NCBI RefSeq assembly: GCF_036321535.1
Contig: NC_087436.1
Location: forward strand, 45,138,001-45,202,000
DNA: 64,000 nt
Direction: 5' to 3'
From: Camelus dromedarius
Lineage: Eukaryota
Shown: piece by piece, positions 23,951 to 36,473 of the stretch
Layout of the letters: every line of letters begins with the position of its first letter
How positions within the stretch are numbered: position 1 is the first letter of the stretch
Translations under genes and position numbers: made by a program
Notes under the pieces: generated by a model
Database searches by the model: none
The model's input: only the letters and a program-made list of their open reading frames with translations
What the model was told of the DNA's origin: nothing

Positions 23951-25689
23951 CAGCACCAGGGATTTTCCATTAGACAAAAAGTTTTTTTATTATTACACTG
24001 TATGCTCAAATAGGAGCACTTCAGCTATTGCTCTACACAAACAAAAATAAAAGCTCATTTCTTTTGCTGCTATAGAACAGAATATTAAGACATTATTATG
24101 ATCCGTCAGTTCAGTTTCATGACATACCAAATACCTGGTCGGAATACATTCTATTTGAAAATTTTAAATCACTCTGTCACCTATGTCTTTACATATAAGT
24201 TTAGCAGAATGATATTTTCTTTTAAAAATCACTTAAGATCACTCAATTATGAGAGTAGAAGAGGCCTCTTTAGTAATAGTGTTGTTGAATACTGGAATGA
24301 AAATCCTTGAGCTCCTTGTCTTATGAAATAAGTCTTTTTGTGTGCATAAAATATAGTTCAACATTAAGCATTTTCTACAAAATGGGGGACAAATCCCAGC
24401 GTAATCTTCATACAAAGTTATTTTAGGTGCCTAATGCCTGTAAAATTATAGTTGTGCCTTGTCCTAAAGTTGAGAGTCTTTCAACATTTTCATCATAAAC
24501 CTCGTTTTTCAGGGGCTTATAACACAACTATAGAAATTTGCTTCGGGATGAAACTCGGAATACCCAATTTCAAACTGATCTACTTATAGCCAGGTGAAAT
24601 AAAGACAAAAAAGTTCGCAGTATCTCTTTCCACATTTGGCTATCTGCTGTTTGAAGTTTAAAGAAACACTCTCAGGCATTTCCCCCAGTTTCTCGTTTTT
24701 CAAAAAATCTTCATCTTTGGAATCTTTTAAATACAGCAAAAAGGATAAAAAGAAAATTCAATGAGTAATTAGTATCTCAGGAGAAGGATAAAGAGGTACT
24801 GAATCTTTCATAGCCAACTCACCCTCCAAAATCCAGGTGAGGTCAGCAGATACTGAAACTCATTACAACATAATGACATTTATCTTCAGTGAAGAGCTTT
24901 TATTGAATGAGAATAGAATACCTAATAGAGGCCTATAGCATAGAAAGACATGGGGAAATGTCACCATCAGCTGTTCACTGTACAGTGTGGTACTAGTCTA
25001 GATTTTTGTAATGAAAAAAAATGCAAAACGCAACTCTGAAACAATGGCAGTAGCTTATATCTCAAATATTTATTTGTTTCTCTACAGATATAAGAAACTA
25101 CCTTTCTCGAATGAGAAGATTTATCAGGTTAGTGGCTATAAAGAGATTTAAATACAATTATAAACTATTGTTATAATATTAAGTGCAATAGGGTATTTTA
25201 ACAACCTGAGAGTTAATATACTTCCCTAGAACCTGAATAACTATTTGACAAGATGAGGGGCAACAAATGTGGTCATTATCTGCTTTGGTTATGCCTGTAT
25301 TCCTATTCAACACAGCCATGTATATTCAGAGCAATGCTTCTTCGCTTACACGTTGCCCAGTGTCACCCATCTTCTGCACACACCACCTTCACTGAGCATA
25401 CATCCCATCACAGCATCGCCTAAGATACATATAAAATGATCTTCCATCTGTCAAAGAGTAGGGACTCAAAACTGCCCTCCATTGCCTTTTCACTTCTTCC
25501 CTACTCCCCATTGTCAAGTCCCATGCCCTGGAACACGTCTTCAAACTGTGTGTACACTTTTGACTGTCTTTTGTAATATGTCTGGGCCAGATCTGATAGT
25601 ACTAAGGTCAAGATACAAGAAAGAAAATCAGGCTTGAAAGCTAAGGTGTATAAACTGACAGGTAATAAGTTTTGTTGAAAGGTAACAAG

Positions 25690-25838
25690 ACGAAAACCAT
25701 TCCAGATTTTAATCTCCATTCTGCTACTAGCCAGCTGTTCTTAACCTGTCTGAGCCTGAGTTTTCTTAGGCACAAAATGAAAACATTGGATCAAGAGAGT
25801 CCTAAGATCCTTTCTGGCTCTAATGTCGTGAAATTCTT
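25690..25838 (+). mobile_element. MIR SINE
   Basis: CTGCTACTAG...CTTAACCTGTCTGAGCCTGAGTTTTCTT...AAAATGA...TAAGATCCTTTCTGGCTCTAA. Confidence 0.7.
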
Positions 25839-26924
25839 GTGGAAGTAAGTATTTAGTCACGCTAGGTAAATTTTCCTATCATTTAGCCCAATTAAATTCA
25901 CACAGATAACATTTTCTCTCCCAAAAGCATTTTACTGTTCCGACTAAACAAGATAGTGTACGGTAAAAAATCAGACTTGCTACTGAAGTATGATGTTTTA
26001 CTAATTTGTGCATGCCAAACATTACAGGACTCCCTTCCCAACAATAGGCAGCCGACCATTTGACTATTGCCTGGCTGTGTGGCCGAACCCATAGGAGAAA
26101 ATAAGGGGAGAGATCCTTGCTGAAATCCCTCATTCTTGTAGATTTGAAACTAACTCATTGGAAAATCCAGTGGCTTTTGCGGGTTAGCTGTGCATGTGAA
26201 ATGCAAGCTTGTTAAGAACTTAAACCAATATTCATAATTTGATGTCAGCCAGATTCCTTTTCCTTCCCATCCCCCAGCGAAGTATGATCAAAGAAGGGTT
26301 ATAAAGATGAGAAAAGGGAGAAAAAGAACCTATGCACATTTGAATTCATCTACAGCTCATCGTGAAAATGCACAAGATTCAATAAAGGGCCAGAATCTGA
26401 GGGTGCTATCTAAGAGAATTCGGCCACTCGATTTGCTCATCCCAGAGGCTATCCAACTAGAGTATGCCAACAACTACAAGACACACAATTAAAACAGACC
26501 CAGACCACGCCCACCTTCAGAACCAGGGCAGGCAGTATCACTATCAGAATCCCAGTCTTTCCTCTGTAAGTAAGAGCTGCCATCAGTTGCTCTGGGAACC
26601 ATGGCCCTGCTCCTACTCCGCCAAACAACTGTTAGATTGGGGCTGTTCTTCACACCGTGGAGGAAGGGTCTGTCCAAAGTGCTGCAGGGTTCCAAGCAGA
26701 AGGACAACAGTGAGGATAAAATACCACAGCAACGTGTAAGGATCAGGCTTTTTCAGAAAGTGGGGACATCAGATCCCACAGGAACCTCTGACTCTCCCCT
26801 CAGTGGAGGCACATTTTGGAGACGCTGCAGTGTAGGCAAAGATCCCAGGCAACAGTGTGCCTCTAGAGGGCCTGATAATTCCTTCTTTACTAAGCAGCTT
26901 TGAGGTCAGGAAGTATAATTTCAA

Positions 26925-27385
26925 TTTTGCATCACAGTATAGAGATCTGAACACACTCTAAGTATTGAAAATCGAGGAAATGTAATGCAAGGAATTGGTT
27001 ACACAGGTGATGGAATTGCTGAGAAACCAAACAGGAGAAAGTGAAGAAACCCAGAAATTAGCAAAAGCAGTAAGGCACTCCTTGTGCTGGAGCAGCATTA
27101 TCCGAGGCCAGAGAATTGTGTCACCCCAAAGAAGGTGGAATCACTGCAGCCTGTCCAGCAGGGGCTGGGGTCGCAAAGGTTGTGCAGCTGCCCAATGCAA
27201 AAAATAGCTTGGTTGCTCCCTTCCTCCTGCCCTTCAGTCTCCCACCGCTGCCTCCTCTTGCCAAAACTCAGAAGGAAGGCAACTGTGTGGGAGCCTGAGA
27301 TGCAGCCTGCTAAGATCAACTTCCCTGAGGCATAGAGGAAAGGCTGGGGAAGGATGAGGAATAGATCTGGACCTGCAGCACAAGA
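26925..27385 (-). mobile_element. ERVL LTR (LTR33-like)
   Basis: CACACTCTAAGTATT...GGAATTGGTTACACAGGTGATGGAATTGCTGAGAAACCAAACAGG resembles recalled LTR33 sequence. Confidence 0.55.
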
Positions 27386-27878
27386 GTCAAGGACCAGAAT
27401 GAAGATTTTCATCCACTCTTCAACATGCATACAAAATGAGCACCTGCTATGGGCCAGGCAGTCCACACTGGGGCAGACATAAGTAACACAACAAACCCCG
27501 AAGAAGCTAAGATGTTTTGGAAGGGATAGATATGTACGCACATACTTAACCACCCTGCGTGTGAAAAGTGATAAGATACATGAGAACTCAGAGAAGGGAG
27601 TGGCAGCCTGGGAACGGCGCTTTTCATATAGTGACTACGCTCATTTAATTCCCTCAGGAAAAATGTTAAAATGGCGTATCTCGGGTTGGAAACACAGAAT
27701 TTGTATTCTTATCGCTGAAATCTCTTCTCTTTAAAACCCATGAAAAGGTCCTAAAGAAATTATTGTGGCTCTTTCTATTTCTTGTTCCCCATGATCAAAT
27801 GACTTCTGTCATCGTTGAGGGATTTTGACTGTCTCTGGAAAATGATGGCTAGAATAACCCAACCAAAATGAATATTGC

Positions 27879-28048
27879 GGTAAGGAGGCCATTAAGCTGG
27901 AAAGTCACCCAGCCAAAAGCGCCTTGGTAGACTACGAGTCAAGTAAGGGGTGAGGGGAAGGAAAACACATTCAGCCTTTGCAAATGTAAGGAGATTTTCC
28001 AGTGAAGCGACAATAATTTAATTACAAAAATGCTTCTGATACTGCTAC
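27879..28048 (+). repeat. Left arm of long-range inverted repeat (partner 30078-30278)
   Basis: Base-by-base manual check: 27879-28030 is complementary to 30278-30127 at 122/152 positions with no gaps; 28028-28048 is perfectly complementary to 30098-30078. Confidence 0.95.
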
Positions 28049-30077
28049 CCATGAAATCTTTTTTGGCAAAAAGACTGACAGAGTAAGTAGAGCAGGCTCG
28101 GTGATTACCGATAGGTTTGAATTAGAGCCAGATTAAAGGTACTATACTGGCTTACCGTGTAGGGTGCTTGAAGCAGTGGCCAAATGTTCAAGCCTGAACC
28201 CTCTCGCTAGCATCTAATCTAAGGCCACCATGTTCTGTCAAGGCATATTAACAAGTTTTAAGTTAGTGGGCTGAACATCAACATTCTTCTCTCCTGATTT
28301 ATTTCCCATTAGGACAAAATACTAACCTGAGTCTGATTGATTTCTATGGCAAAAATCGAATGTTAACCGCAATCATGCTAGACGACAGAGTGATCATTTT
28401 TAAAGAGTAAGTCATACTCACCATCAAGACCCACCGCACCATGGCAGGTCTTCATTGCCCCACGGTGCTTTGTGTTCTGTAGCCAAAGTCTTAACAGCCC
28501 GTAAAGGCTGATAAACACCTTGTGTTTAATAGCATACTGAGAATGCAATCACCATTAAGTGATTTTTAAGCCTGGGTGTGGCTCCATTTATATCAGTTCG
28601 TTCTTTTTTTTTTTTAATGACACTTTGTGTTTTATTGGGAACCATCCAGATTTTTATTTAAAACAGAAATGCTAGGGAGAAAAAAAAACTAAAAAAAGAA
28701 AAAAAAAGACACAGTTTCTGTTCTGGACCATTAATTTTTCAGTCAGATCTAACTATCATTTAATTGGTTCCTGATGCTAAAACTTGGATTCCACTTTAAA
28801 CGCTTGAAACTAGAGCATATAGAATAATTTGGTATGCTGAGCTATTCATCCCAAGTGTCCAGGGAAAATAAACCAATCTCAAAATAAAACTGGGCTACCT
28901 TCTGTGATGACACAAAATTAATAATATAGTCTAAGAAATAAACCTGGTGTCTGTTTGCCCAAAAAAAAAAAATCATTAGGCTTTCCATGATGAAGTAATA
29001 TTTAATTCATATTAATGTTTAATGTAAAAGGAGGTCTGTTAACTGGAAAACACAAAAATTCTATGAACATAAACTTTAGAAATCCACCAAATTTAATAAG
29101 ACTCAAACTCGTAATTCAGATAAACTTGCTTTTTTTGAGTATTTAAATAAGTTTTTGGTCCTTCTTTCTTCTTTTTATAGATCAATTAAAATAAGTTCTG
29201 GTAATATTTACTCCTATACTTAATTTCTAGAAAGAAATTTAAACTTCCCAAAGATTTCAAGGCAGTCTACACTGCTACTTTACAACTCGAAATCTAAAAA
29301 GGGAAAAACTTTATAGACATGACTTTTTTATGTAAGAATAGAGGGGAAAATTATTAGATAACTTAATTTAACCAGCAAGGTGGCTTGGGAGATCTGCATT
29401 GTAAATAGGTTTCTGTTCACACCAAACAGTCAATTTGTAATCTGGCTCAACTAAGCAGCTCAGAAAAACAACCTCTGAACAGGAATTCCACACATGCAGA
29501 TAAGCACTAGTGAAAATCTTTGTGGAATAACTGCTAGTTCAGCATGAACCCAGGGCAATTTGGTAACCCGTCCTCTGGAGAGATGCCAAATTGGTTAGAT
29601 AATTGCTCTAGGCTGAATGAAGCCCTGGAAGTGCTAAAATCCAAAATTCTTCGGAGCTGTTTAAGGATCGGTTGTAGGTCCTCAGCTACTGACCGTGCCA
29701 CAATGCCGGCTATGTTTTGGTAGCTTCAGTAACCGCAAAGTATTTTGTACATCAAGAGCTCCCTTTACCCCTGAAATGAAGTTTAAAGACAACATCGTGG
29801 AGCCGTTTTCTCGCGGTTGAAACTCCAAGAGAAAAAGGAGGCATGTGATGCACGATGTATTTAATTTAGGAAAGGTAGGGCATAAAGTTTCCTCATCTCC
29901 TGAAAATATTTTAGAAATATATTAATAAAATTCATCTTATTGTTATTTTAACACCAACCCCCAACCAATACTTTCATCCAGATGTAAAGTACGAACTATA
30001 GATGTATTTTTATCACTTTTTCTACTAATCAGCTCCTGATGAGTTGTTTTCCATTGTTTCTTTTCCATCAGTTTCAA

Positions 30078-30278
30078 GTAGCAGTATCAGAAGCATTTAG
30101 CAGTATTAGAATTTTTAGTAATTAATTTTTTGTAATTAAATTACTGTCGCCTTACTGGAATATCTCCTTACATTTGCCAATACTGAGTTTGTTCTCCTTC
30201 CCTTCACCAGCTCCTTGCCTTGGAGTCTATGAAGGTACTCTTGGCTGTGTGGTTTTCCAGCCTAATGGCCTTCCCACC
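30078..30278 (-). repeat. Right arm of long-range inverted repeat (partner 27879-28048)
   Basis: GTAGCAGTATCAGAAGCATTT...TTTTTGTAATTAAATTACTGTCGCCTTACTGGAATATCTCCTTACATTTGC... is the reverse complement of the left arm, with an extra ~28 nt at 30099-30126. Confidence 0.95.
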
Positions 30279-30329
30279 AACATACCAGAATTCTTGTGTT
30301 GATTTAACTATCTCCCCTGGTTTTTCTTT

Positions 30330-31160
30330 CTAGCAACAGCTTCCACTGGCAAGATGACTCGTTAGCTTCACAGACTAGTCTGACTCAATGCCAAGAATTC
30401 ATCACCTTTGCTCCCCCAAAACCTCTTCTACTTCCTGTGTTACCTAGCTCAGAGAACAGCAGCAGGTCGCAAGACAGAAAACTGGCCAAACTGCGAGACT
30501 CCACTTGCTCCCCCATCCCCCACGTCTCTTCCTGCATCCCGTCCAGTGGACCCCCAGTGTGCCTCGGGTTCATCTCATCATTTTCACCCTTCGCCCATTG
30601 CCTTCGCTGAGGACTTTGTAAGTTTTGCCTGGACGATTGCAGTCCTCCTCTACTGTCTCCCTCCATCTCCCACTTCCTTCCTCTTTGCTTTAACACTCTG
30701 GCCAGGCAGGTCCCTCCACTTCAAAAAGTCATCAGTGGCTCCAAACGCCTACTGTCTAAATTCTGAACTCCTTGGCAGGCCTTACTGGGCCTTCTGGGCC
30801 CCATCTCTGGCCAATCTCCATGTTTATTCCAATCTGCATTTCCCTAAACTTCTCATTTTCTTTTTATCTTTGAGCTTGCTGCTTCCTCTCCATGGAATAT
30901 CTTTCCCATTCCACCCTGTACAGCCTTCCTGGAGAATTCCTCACAGGCTCAGTTCTTCTGCCTTCCAGAGGGAACCCTTCCACCTCCAGCCCCGGTGGCA
31001 GGGCTTTCCCTGCCCTTCATTCCTGAGCACGACTGCACCCTCTCTAAGGACACTCACCCACTGCCAGGAAGTCGGCAGTTTAGGGAGAGTTGCGTGTTTC
31101 CTGAAGGCTGGGATTTTTTTTTTCTTCTCAATTTTTGAAATCCTTGCATCTAATGCAAGT
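30330..31160 (+). mobile_element. L2 LINE 3' region
   Basis: Pyrimidine-rich L2 motifs (GAATTCATCACCTTTGCTCCCCCAAAACCTCTTCTACTTCCTGTGTTACCTAGCTCAG; TCAGTGGCTCC; AAATTCTGAACTCCTTGGCAGG). Confidence 0.7.
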
Positions 31161-32599
31161 CCTGAGAATCTGAACAGGGGAGGACAGTTGGAGGAAGGAA
31201 AGGAGGAAGAGAGAAAAGGAAGGAAGAAAGGAAGAAAACAAAGAAAAGGAAGGAGTCAGAAAAGAGGAGAAAATGACTTAGATACCCTTATTAGAATAAA
31301 TGCTTTTAGCCAGTAAAGATAACCAACTACTGAAAAAGCAGCAGAGTGAAAACAGACAAAGAAAGGAACGTATCTTTAGCCTGTACTTGGAAGCTTGTGT
31401 ATAAAGCCTGAAAAAGATCCAAAACATAGTATTCTCCTTTCTAACGTAACTCAGTCATGTGTTGAGACTGGTTTCTGAAACCAATAGTATCTAAAAGTAA
31501 AGAAAATAATGAATGCCAGAACAGTGTGCGGGGGTGGACTTTTCTCCAAAATACACCCTAGAGATTGAAAAGGGAGAGGGAGAGGATAAAGGTTGACTAG
31601 ACGTGAGTGGAGCCAAAAAATCACCTTTTCCTCCCTTCAAAAGGCAGCAGAGAAAGGAAAGGGGGGTTGTACATTAATGGAAAAAAATCAGCCACTCTGA
31701 TTAAATGTTACATATTTTTTCCTCACTCAAATTTCAGAAGGTTGGGGCAGGGGCTGAAGTGTGTGTTTTTACTAATGATTAATCTCCCTCTTTCTGTGTT
31801 TTTCAACCTGGTGACATTGTTGAACTTGGGGGAGGGGAGAGAAGAACTAAAGTAGCAAAAAGTAAGTTTTCTCTGATTCTGCTAGAACATTACCCTTGAT
31901 GAAAGTTTCTCTTGATTGTTCACTTTTATGTACCCACTGAGATCCTGGCTTGAAAGGATTTTTCTTTTATGACTTGGCACCTAAACATTCTCTGTCGACT
32001 TAACGGTGAAGAATCATCAAATAAAGGAAGTTACAGAACAACATTATTATCCCCAAAGCAATTCATAATAGATAAGGCCTCCTAAGTTTTGTCTGGTTAA
32101 AAAAAATTAATGCTTCTGAGATGATCACTTGTTAAAATATTTGAGGAAGATAGGAATGTCTTTTTCTACAGGAGTCTGCTTTTCCTATATGGTGGCAAAA
32201 AAAAAAAAAAAAAAAAAAAGCCTACAGACACAGCAGGAATAAATAATTCTCTGTGATTTATTTACAGAGCCTGAAGTGTATGGTTCTGAACAAGATATTT
32301 CCCAGAGCTGCAGCAGTCAGCCTGACACAGCACCAGACCCGTTCCAAGCTCCCAAACTACTTTTCCCCAGACGTTTACCTCTGTTCTCCATGCTAGACGT
32401 CCCGCTTCAAGGTCATCAACTTATTTCATTGACCTTTTTTCTCTAACCTGTCTGCCTATCCTATCAAGCTAAACCTCTAAGGTCTCAATTTCAATAATAT
32501 GGGTGAGACTGACTTAGTGTATTTAATCAGCAGTCAGTCCAAACATGAATCTGTGTCTTATCCCTGACGTACTGCCTGTCCCAAATAAGCAATTTACCT

Positions 32600-32790
32600 T
32601 CATCCATTCATTCATTCAGCATACATGCAATGAGAAACAACTGTATGCCTGGTACAGTACTGAGTACTGAGGTACAAAGCTTAACACCTGCTACTCTTCA
32701 GTGAACCCACAGTAAGTGATGAGTGCTAGGAAAGAGGAAAACAGAAAATAAGGATGCAGAGAGGAAGAAGCAACCAACACCAGCTCCTTT
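32600..32790 (-). mobile_element. L2 LINE 3' end
   Basis: TCATCCATTCATTCATTCAGCA...CTGTATGCCTGGTACAGTACTGAGTACTGAGG. Confidence 0.65.
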
Positions 32791-33771
32791 CTTCAGAGGA
32801 GACAGAAATTTGCCTTCAAAGGAGCGTAATTCTACTCAACCCCAGAACTGTGTCTATAATTTTTATGTGCCATTGGATGAACGTTTATACTTCTGAAGAC
32901 CTGGGTCTGTAAGATCATCTTCTATAGACAAAGCCAAGTAGTAACTTGAAGAAATTATTTAGATACCTGCTTGTGGGGGTCGGGAGGAAGGGGACTACGC
33001 AGGGAAGAGGGTAAACATATATCAGTTATTGAGAGATTTGCTTAAAGTGTCTGTAGAAATGTAATCCAAGTCACATCTGTGGTTGAGAATTAACAAAACA
33101 CCTTCACCAGAGGCCCGCAAGAGCAAATTCATGGGGATCCAGCCTAACTCACAGTGATAAAGGATTTAATGATTTCCAGGGCACTTTTACCCTCATTATC
33201 CCCATGCACCAAAGGGTTCATCACGGAGTAAATACATTGAGGCACTCAGGAAAAATATGAAAACCCCTGTCTGACCAGGAAAATTGAGAATCAGAGAACC
33301 ATGCTAGGACATAGCCCACCCAGGATAAGTTCTCCAGTTTTCTGAATCCTTAATCCTCTTTCCACCAAGACACTGCCTCTTACACTCCACTGTGTGAAGA
33401 AACAGAGCAGGGAGAGTAAAATCTCAATACAAAAGCAGGTTTTTGGGTCAGATTGATCAGATGGATGTGACTGCATTGCGTAGTCCTGGAAGTGATTGTG
33501 AAATCCACTCAAGACCAAAGACTTCTGCCTTCTAAATCTACTCATTCTCTCCAAAAACCTGGGGTGGTTTTTCCTTGGTTAGCAAGAGAAAAACATGGGT
33601 GTAGACTAGGATTCAGCTCTACCCACCTCCGACCAGGAAGAGATGCCTCCCCAGTGGAAGACTCCCGTGGGGTGGGGAGGAAGTGAGTAAGCTCGGCTGC
33701 ACTGAAAGTTGTTGAATCTGGTGCTGAGCCACGAGGCTTGGGGACTGCACCAACAGAAGGACTACGCCCCC

Positions 33772-34185
33772 TGTATTCATGATAAATTGGTTTGGCTTTT
33801 GTAGTAGACAGACCAAACCAAACAGCATCTTTTAAACAAGATGGAAGTGCATTTCTCTCTCAAGTGCCAGTCCAGCAGGCATGGCAGTCTCATGGCACTA
33901 GGAACCCAGGCTCCTTCTAACTTGTTGCTCAGTCACAGCTGCTCCAGCTGCAGTCCCTCCCACCACACTGCAGCCAGCAGAGAGAGGAAGAGGAGAAGGA
34001 ACGGGCACGTCCTTTCCTTTTAAGGCCACAATCTGGAAGTTGCACACGGCACTCTTGCTAATTAACATCTTACTGGCTAGAATATCATCACATGTGCACA
34101 CCTAGTTACAGGTGCCCAGCTAAAAAGTTTACTGCAAAAACCAGGGAAAGCAGATGTCAGAAGACAGCCAGCTGTTTCTGCCATA
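33772..34185 (-). mobile_element. MLT1K/J-like solo LTR
   Basis: TTAAACAAGATGGAAGTGCATTTCTCTCTC...AGGAACCCAGGCTCCTTCTAACTTGTTGCTC...ACATCTTACTGGCTAGAA...CACCTAG. Confidence 0.7.
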
Positions 34186-35300
34186 GACCCAACCCTGAAG
34201 AGTCATCCCAAACAGAGCGTCCCCTTCTTCCTCCACCTGCAACGATTTTCCAGAACTTCAGTGTAATAATGAGGCTCTTGTTCCACCTGAACTGCAAGCC
34301 CGTTTCTGAGGCACTAAGTCACCAGCCACGCCTAAAAATAGGAGGCACAAGCCCAAAAATTGCTTCCAAAGACTCTCTACTCCAAAGTCACTAGCCTTAT
34401 GAATAGATTACTGCTGTTTTTTAAGCACTTGCTCTTAAGACAAGTGTAAGAACTCGTTTGTAATTAAAAGAAACATTACCTTTAATAGGAAAATATCAAT
34501 CCATGAGAAATAAATGGTCTCTGCCCCTTTAGAGAAATCGTGTACTTTGGGGCATGCTAAGACTATTGCATCACTTTCAAACTTGAGATATGAAAAAATG
34601 ATCAAAGTCTTACTGTCTGTTTTAATGATAGTTTGAAAGGGACAGTTAAGAGCGAATTTCTCAATTCTCTCTTCATTTACCTATCTTAGTAGTCACTGCA
34701 TTAGTAAAGGAAGAGGACACGAGATCTGAGGTTAAAATGACTCATACCCAGTTCTAATAAAAACTGTGTTGAATGTATGCATGGAATTTATTTGGATTAA
34801 TATTACTCACAGTAAAGATACCAGGAAAAACATCCCACGTGATGGGAGATTTGAGGTTCTCACCACTGTCCAGAGCATGTAGACAGACCATCCAGTAGCT
34901 ATGTTACATTCTAAGGGCACGTCAAACATCTTGTATGTGTCAACATTAAATAGGGATCTGGAAGCGAGTTCGAAAATCCCTAAACTAAGTTTATTTGCGG
35001 GCTTAACCATATAAATTGCAAAAGAAGAGAGAAACTCCTCTACAATGTAACACACTACAAACAGCCATCCAGAAATGTATTTCATCAGCTGAGCAGGATC
35101 CCCTTGGCAGGCCATCTCCCAAGGGTAAGCTGCAGCATCTGTAACATCTCCAACTCCGGGAGGAAGATGACATTCTCTGAATCTTAGACGGACTGTATTT
35201 TCCCCTTAGAACAAAAAGCCTCATCCTAGAGCACAGGCTTCATCAGTTTTATTACCACCGCCAAACCCTCCCATCTCTGTTCCCCCAGATGTGTGTCCTA

Positions 35301-35346
<46 letters not shown>
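35301..35346 (+). repeat. Compound (TC)10(AC)13 microsatellite
   Basis: Seen directly. Confidence 0.95.
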
Positions 35347-35350
<4 letters not shown>

Positions 35351-35494
35351 CCATGAAGAACATCATTTCTAGTAAGAAGAATAATTACATTGCTCATTGA
35401 TACTTTTCAGCGTCAAGTAATTAAGGTTCTCTGATCAGCAGGGTGGTTAGAATCTTTAACTTTCACCTTTTTCCCAGAAAATGAAAAAAGCATC

Positions 35495-36473
35495 TGTGGC
35501 AGAGAATGGAAGCCATTTACCCTCAGTATCCTTCTTGGGAACAGAACTCTGATTTTCACTTCGGCATCTTGCCCCCCAGAATGAAGATTATGTTCCCCGC
35601 TTCCTTCCAGCTGGGTGTAACCATGGGACCAAGTTCCGCCCAATGAGAGGTTAAGTGGAAGGTTTCCAGCAAGCCTGTTGAAAGGACCTGACTGAGATGG
35701 GAGAGCCCTTTGCCACTCTGCCTTCCCTCCTCCTGATTTGCAACATGGATATGATGGCTGGAACCGTCACACACAGACAGCCCAAGCAGCCATCCTGGAC
35801 CATGAAGCGACTCTGAGAACGTAAGCCATGCCTAGGATGAAATTTAGTTAACAAAGGTTAAGGTGCTGTAACAAAGAACACCCAGACTTGGTGAATTAGA
35901 AAACAGATGACCTCTCTCCTGTATAACAGGTCGAAGGGAAGCCTCTGGCATTGGGCAGTTTTGCTCCAGTCAGTCAAGGACTCAGGCTCATGGTGGCTCT
36001 GTCATCTTTGTTGTGTGGCTTCCAAGGTCACTCTAGCTAACACCATCCAGACCAAGCCAAAATGGGGAAGGGTGGGAGGCCTGCATCAGAGCCCTCCTCT
36101 TAGACAGGGAGGACAAGGCTGCCTAGACCGTGTCTCCTCACAGTCCATAGGCAAGAGCTCCGCCCATGGCCACATCCAGCTCCAGGAGAGACTAGGAAAG
36201 TCAGTGTCTAACTGGACAGCTGCAGCTCAGCACAGTGCCGTTACCATGGAAGAAGAGGAGAAGCAGAGGTTAATAACCAGATGCTAGTGTCTGGACAGAG
36301 GATAGAGCATCCTGATAGGAGTCTGGGCCCTGATGGCACTTTGGGGCTGCACTCTATACTGACTACATCTACATTTCTCTTATTTGACAGAAAAATCAAT
36401 TTCTGTGCTGTTAAGCTACTTTTATTTTGGACTGTTTTCTTTCTTTGAGGTCAAACATAACCCTAAATGGTAC
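35495..36473 (+). mobile_element. MLT1J-like LTR carrying a nested opposite-strand MLT1 LTR (~35845-36295)
   Basis: TGTGGCAGA...CATGGGACCAAGTTCCGCCCAATGAGAGGTTAAGTGGAAG...GCAGCCATCCTGGACCATGA; insert begins TTAGTTAAC...GGTGCTGTAACAAA; outer LTR resumes GGAGTCTGGGCCCTGATG...GTTAAGCTACT. Confidence 0.7.

Noticed and set aside
26858..26874. CTCF-like motif TGCCTCTAGAGGGCCTG (weaker ones at ~7197, 14371, 60051)
   Set aside because: Imperfect single motif matches cannot be supported without ChIP or conservation data.
30408..31316. Longest ORF (302 aa) as a gene
   Set aside because: Overlaps a pyrimidine-rich L2 remnant and a purine-rich simple tract, starts at TTG, and has low-complexity composition with no recognisable domain.
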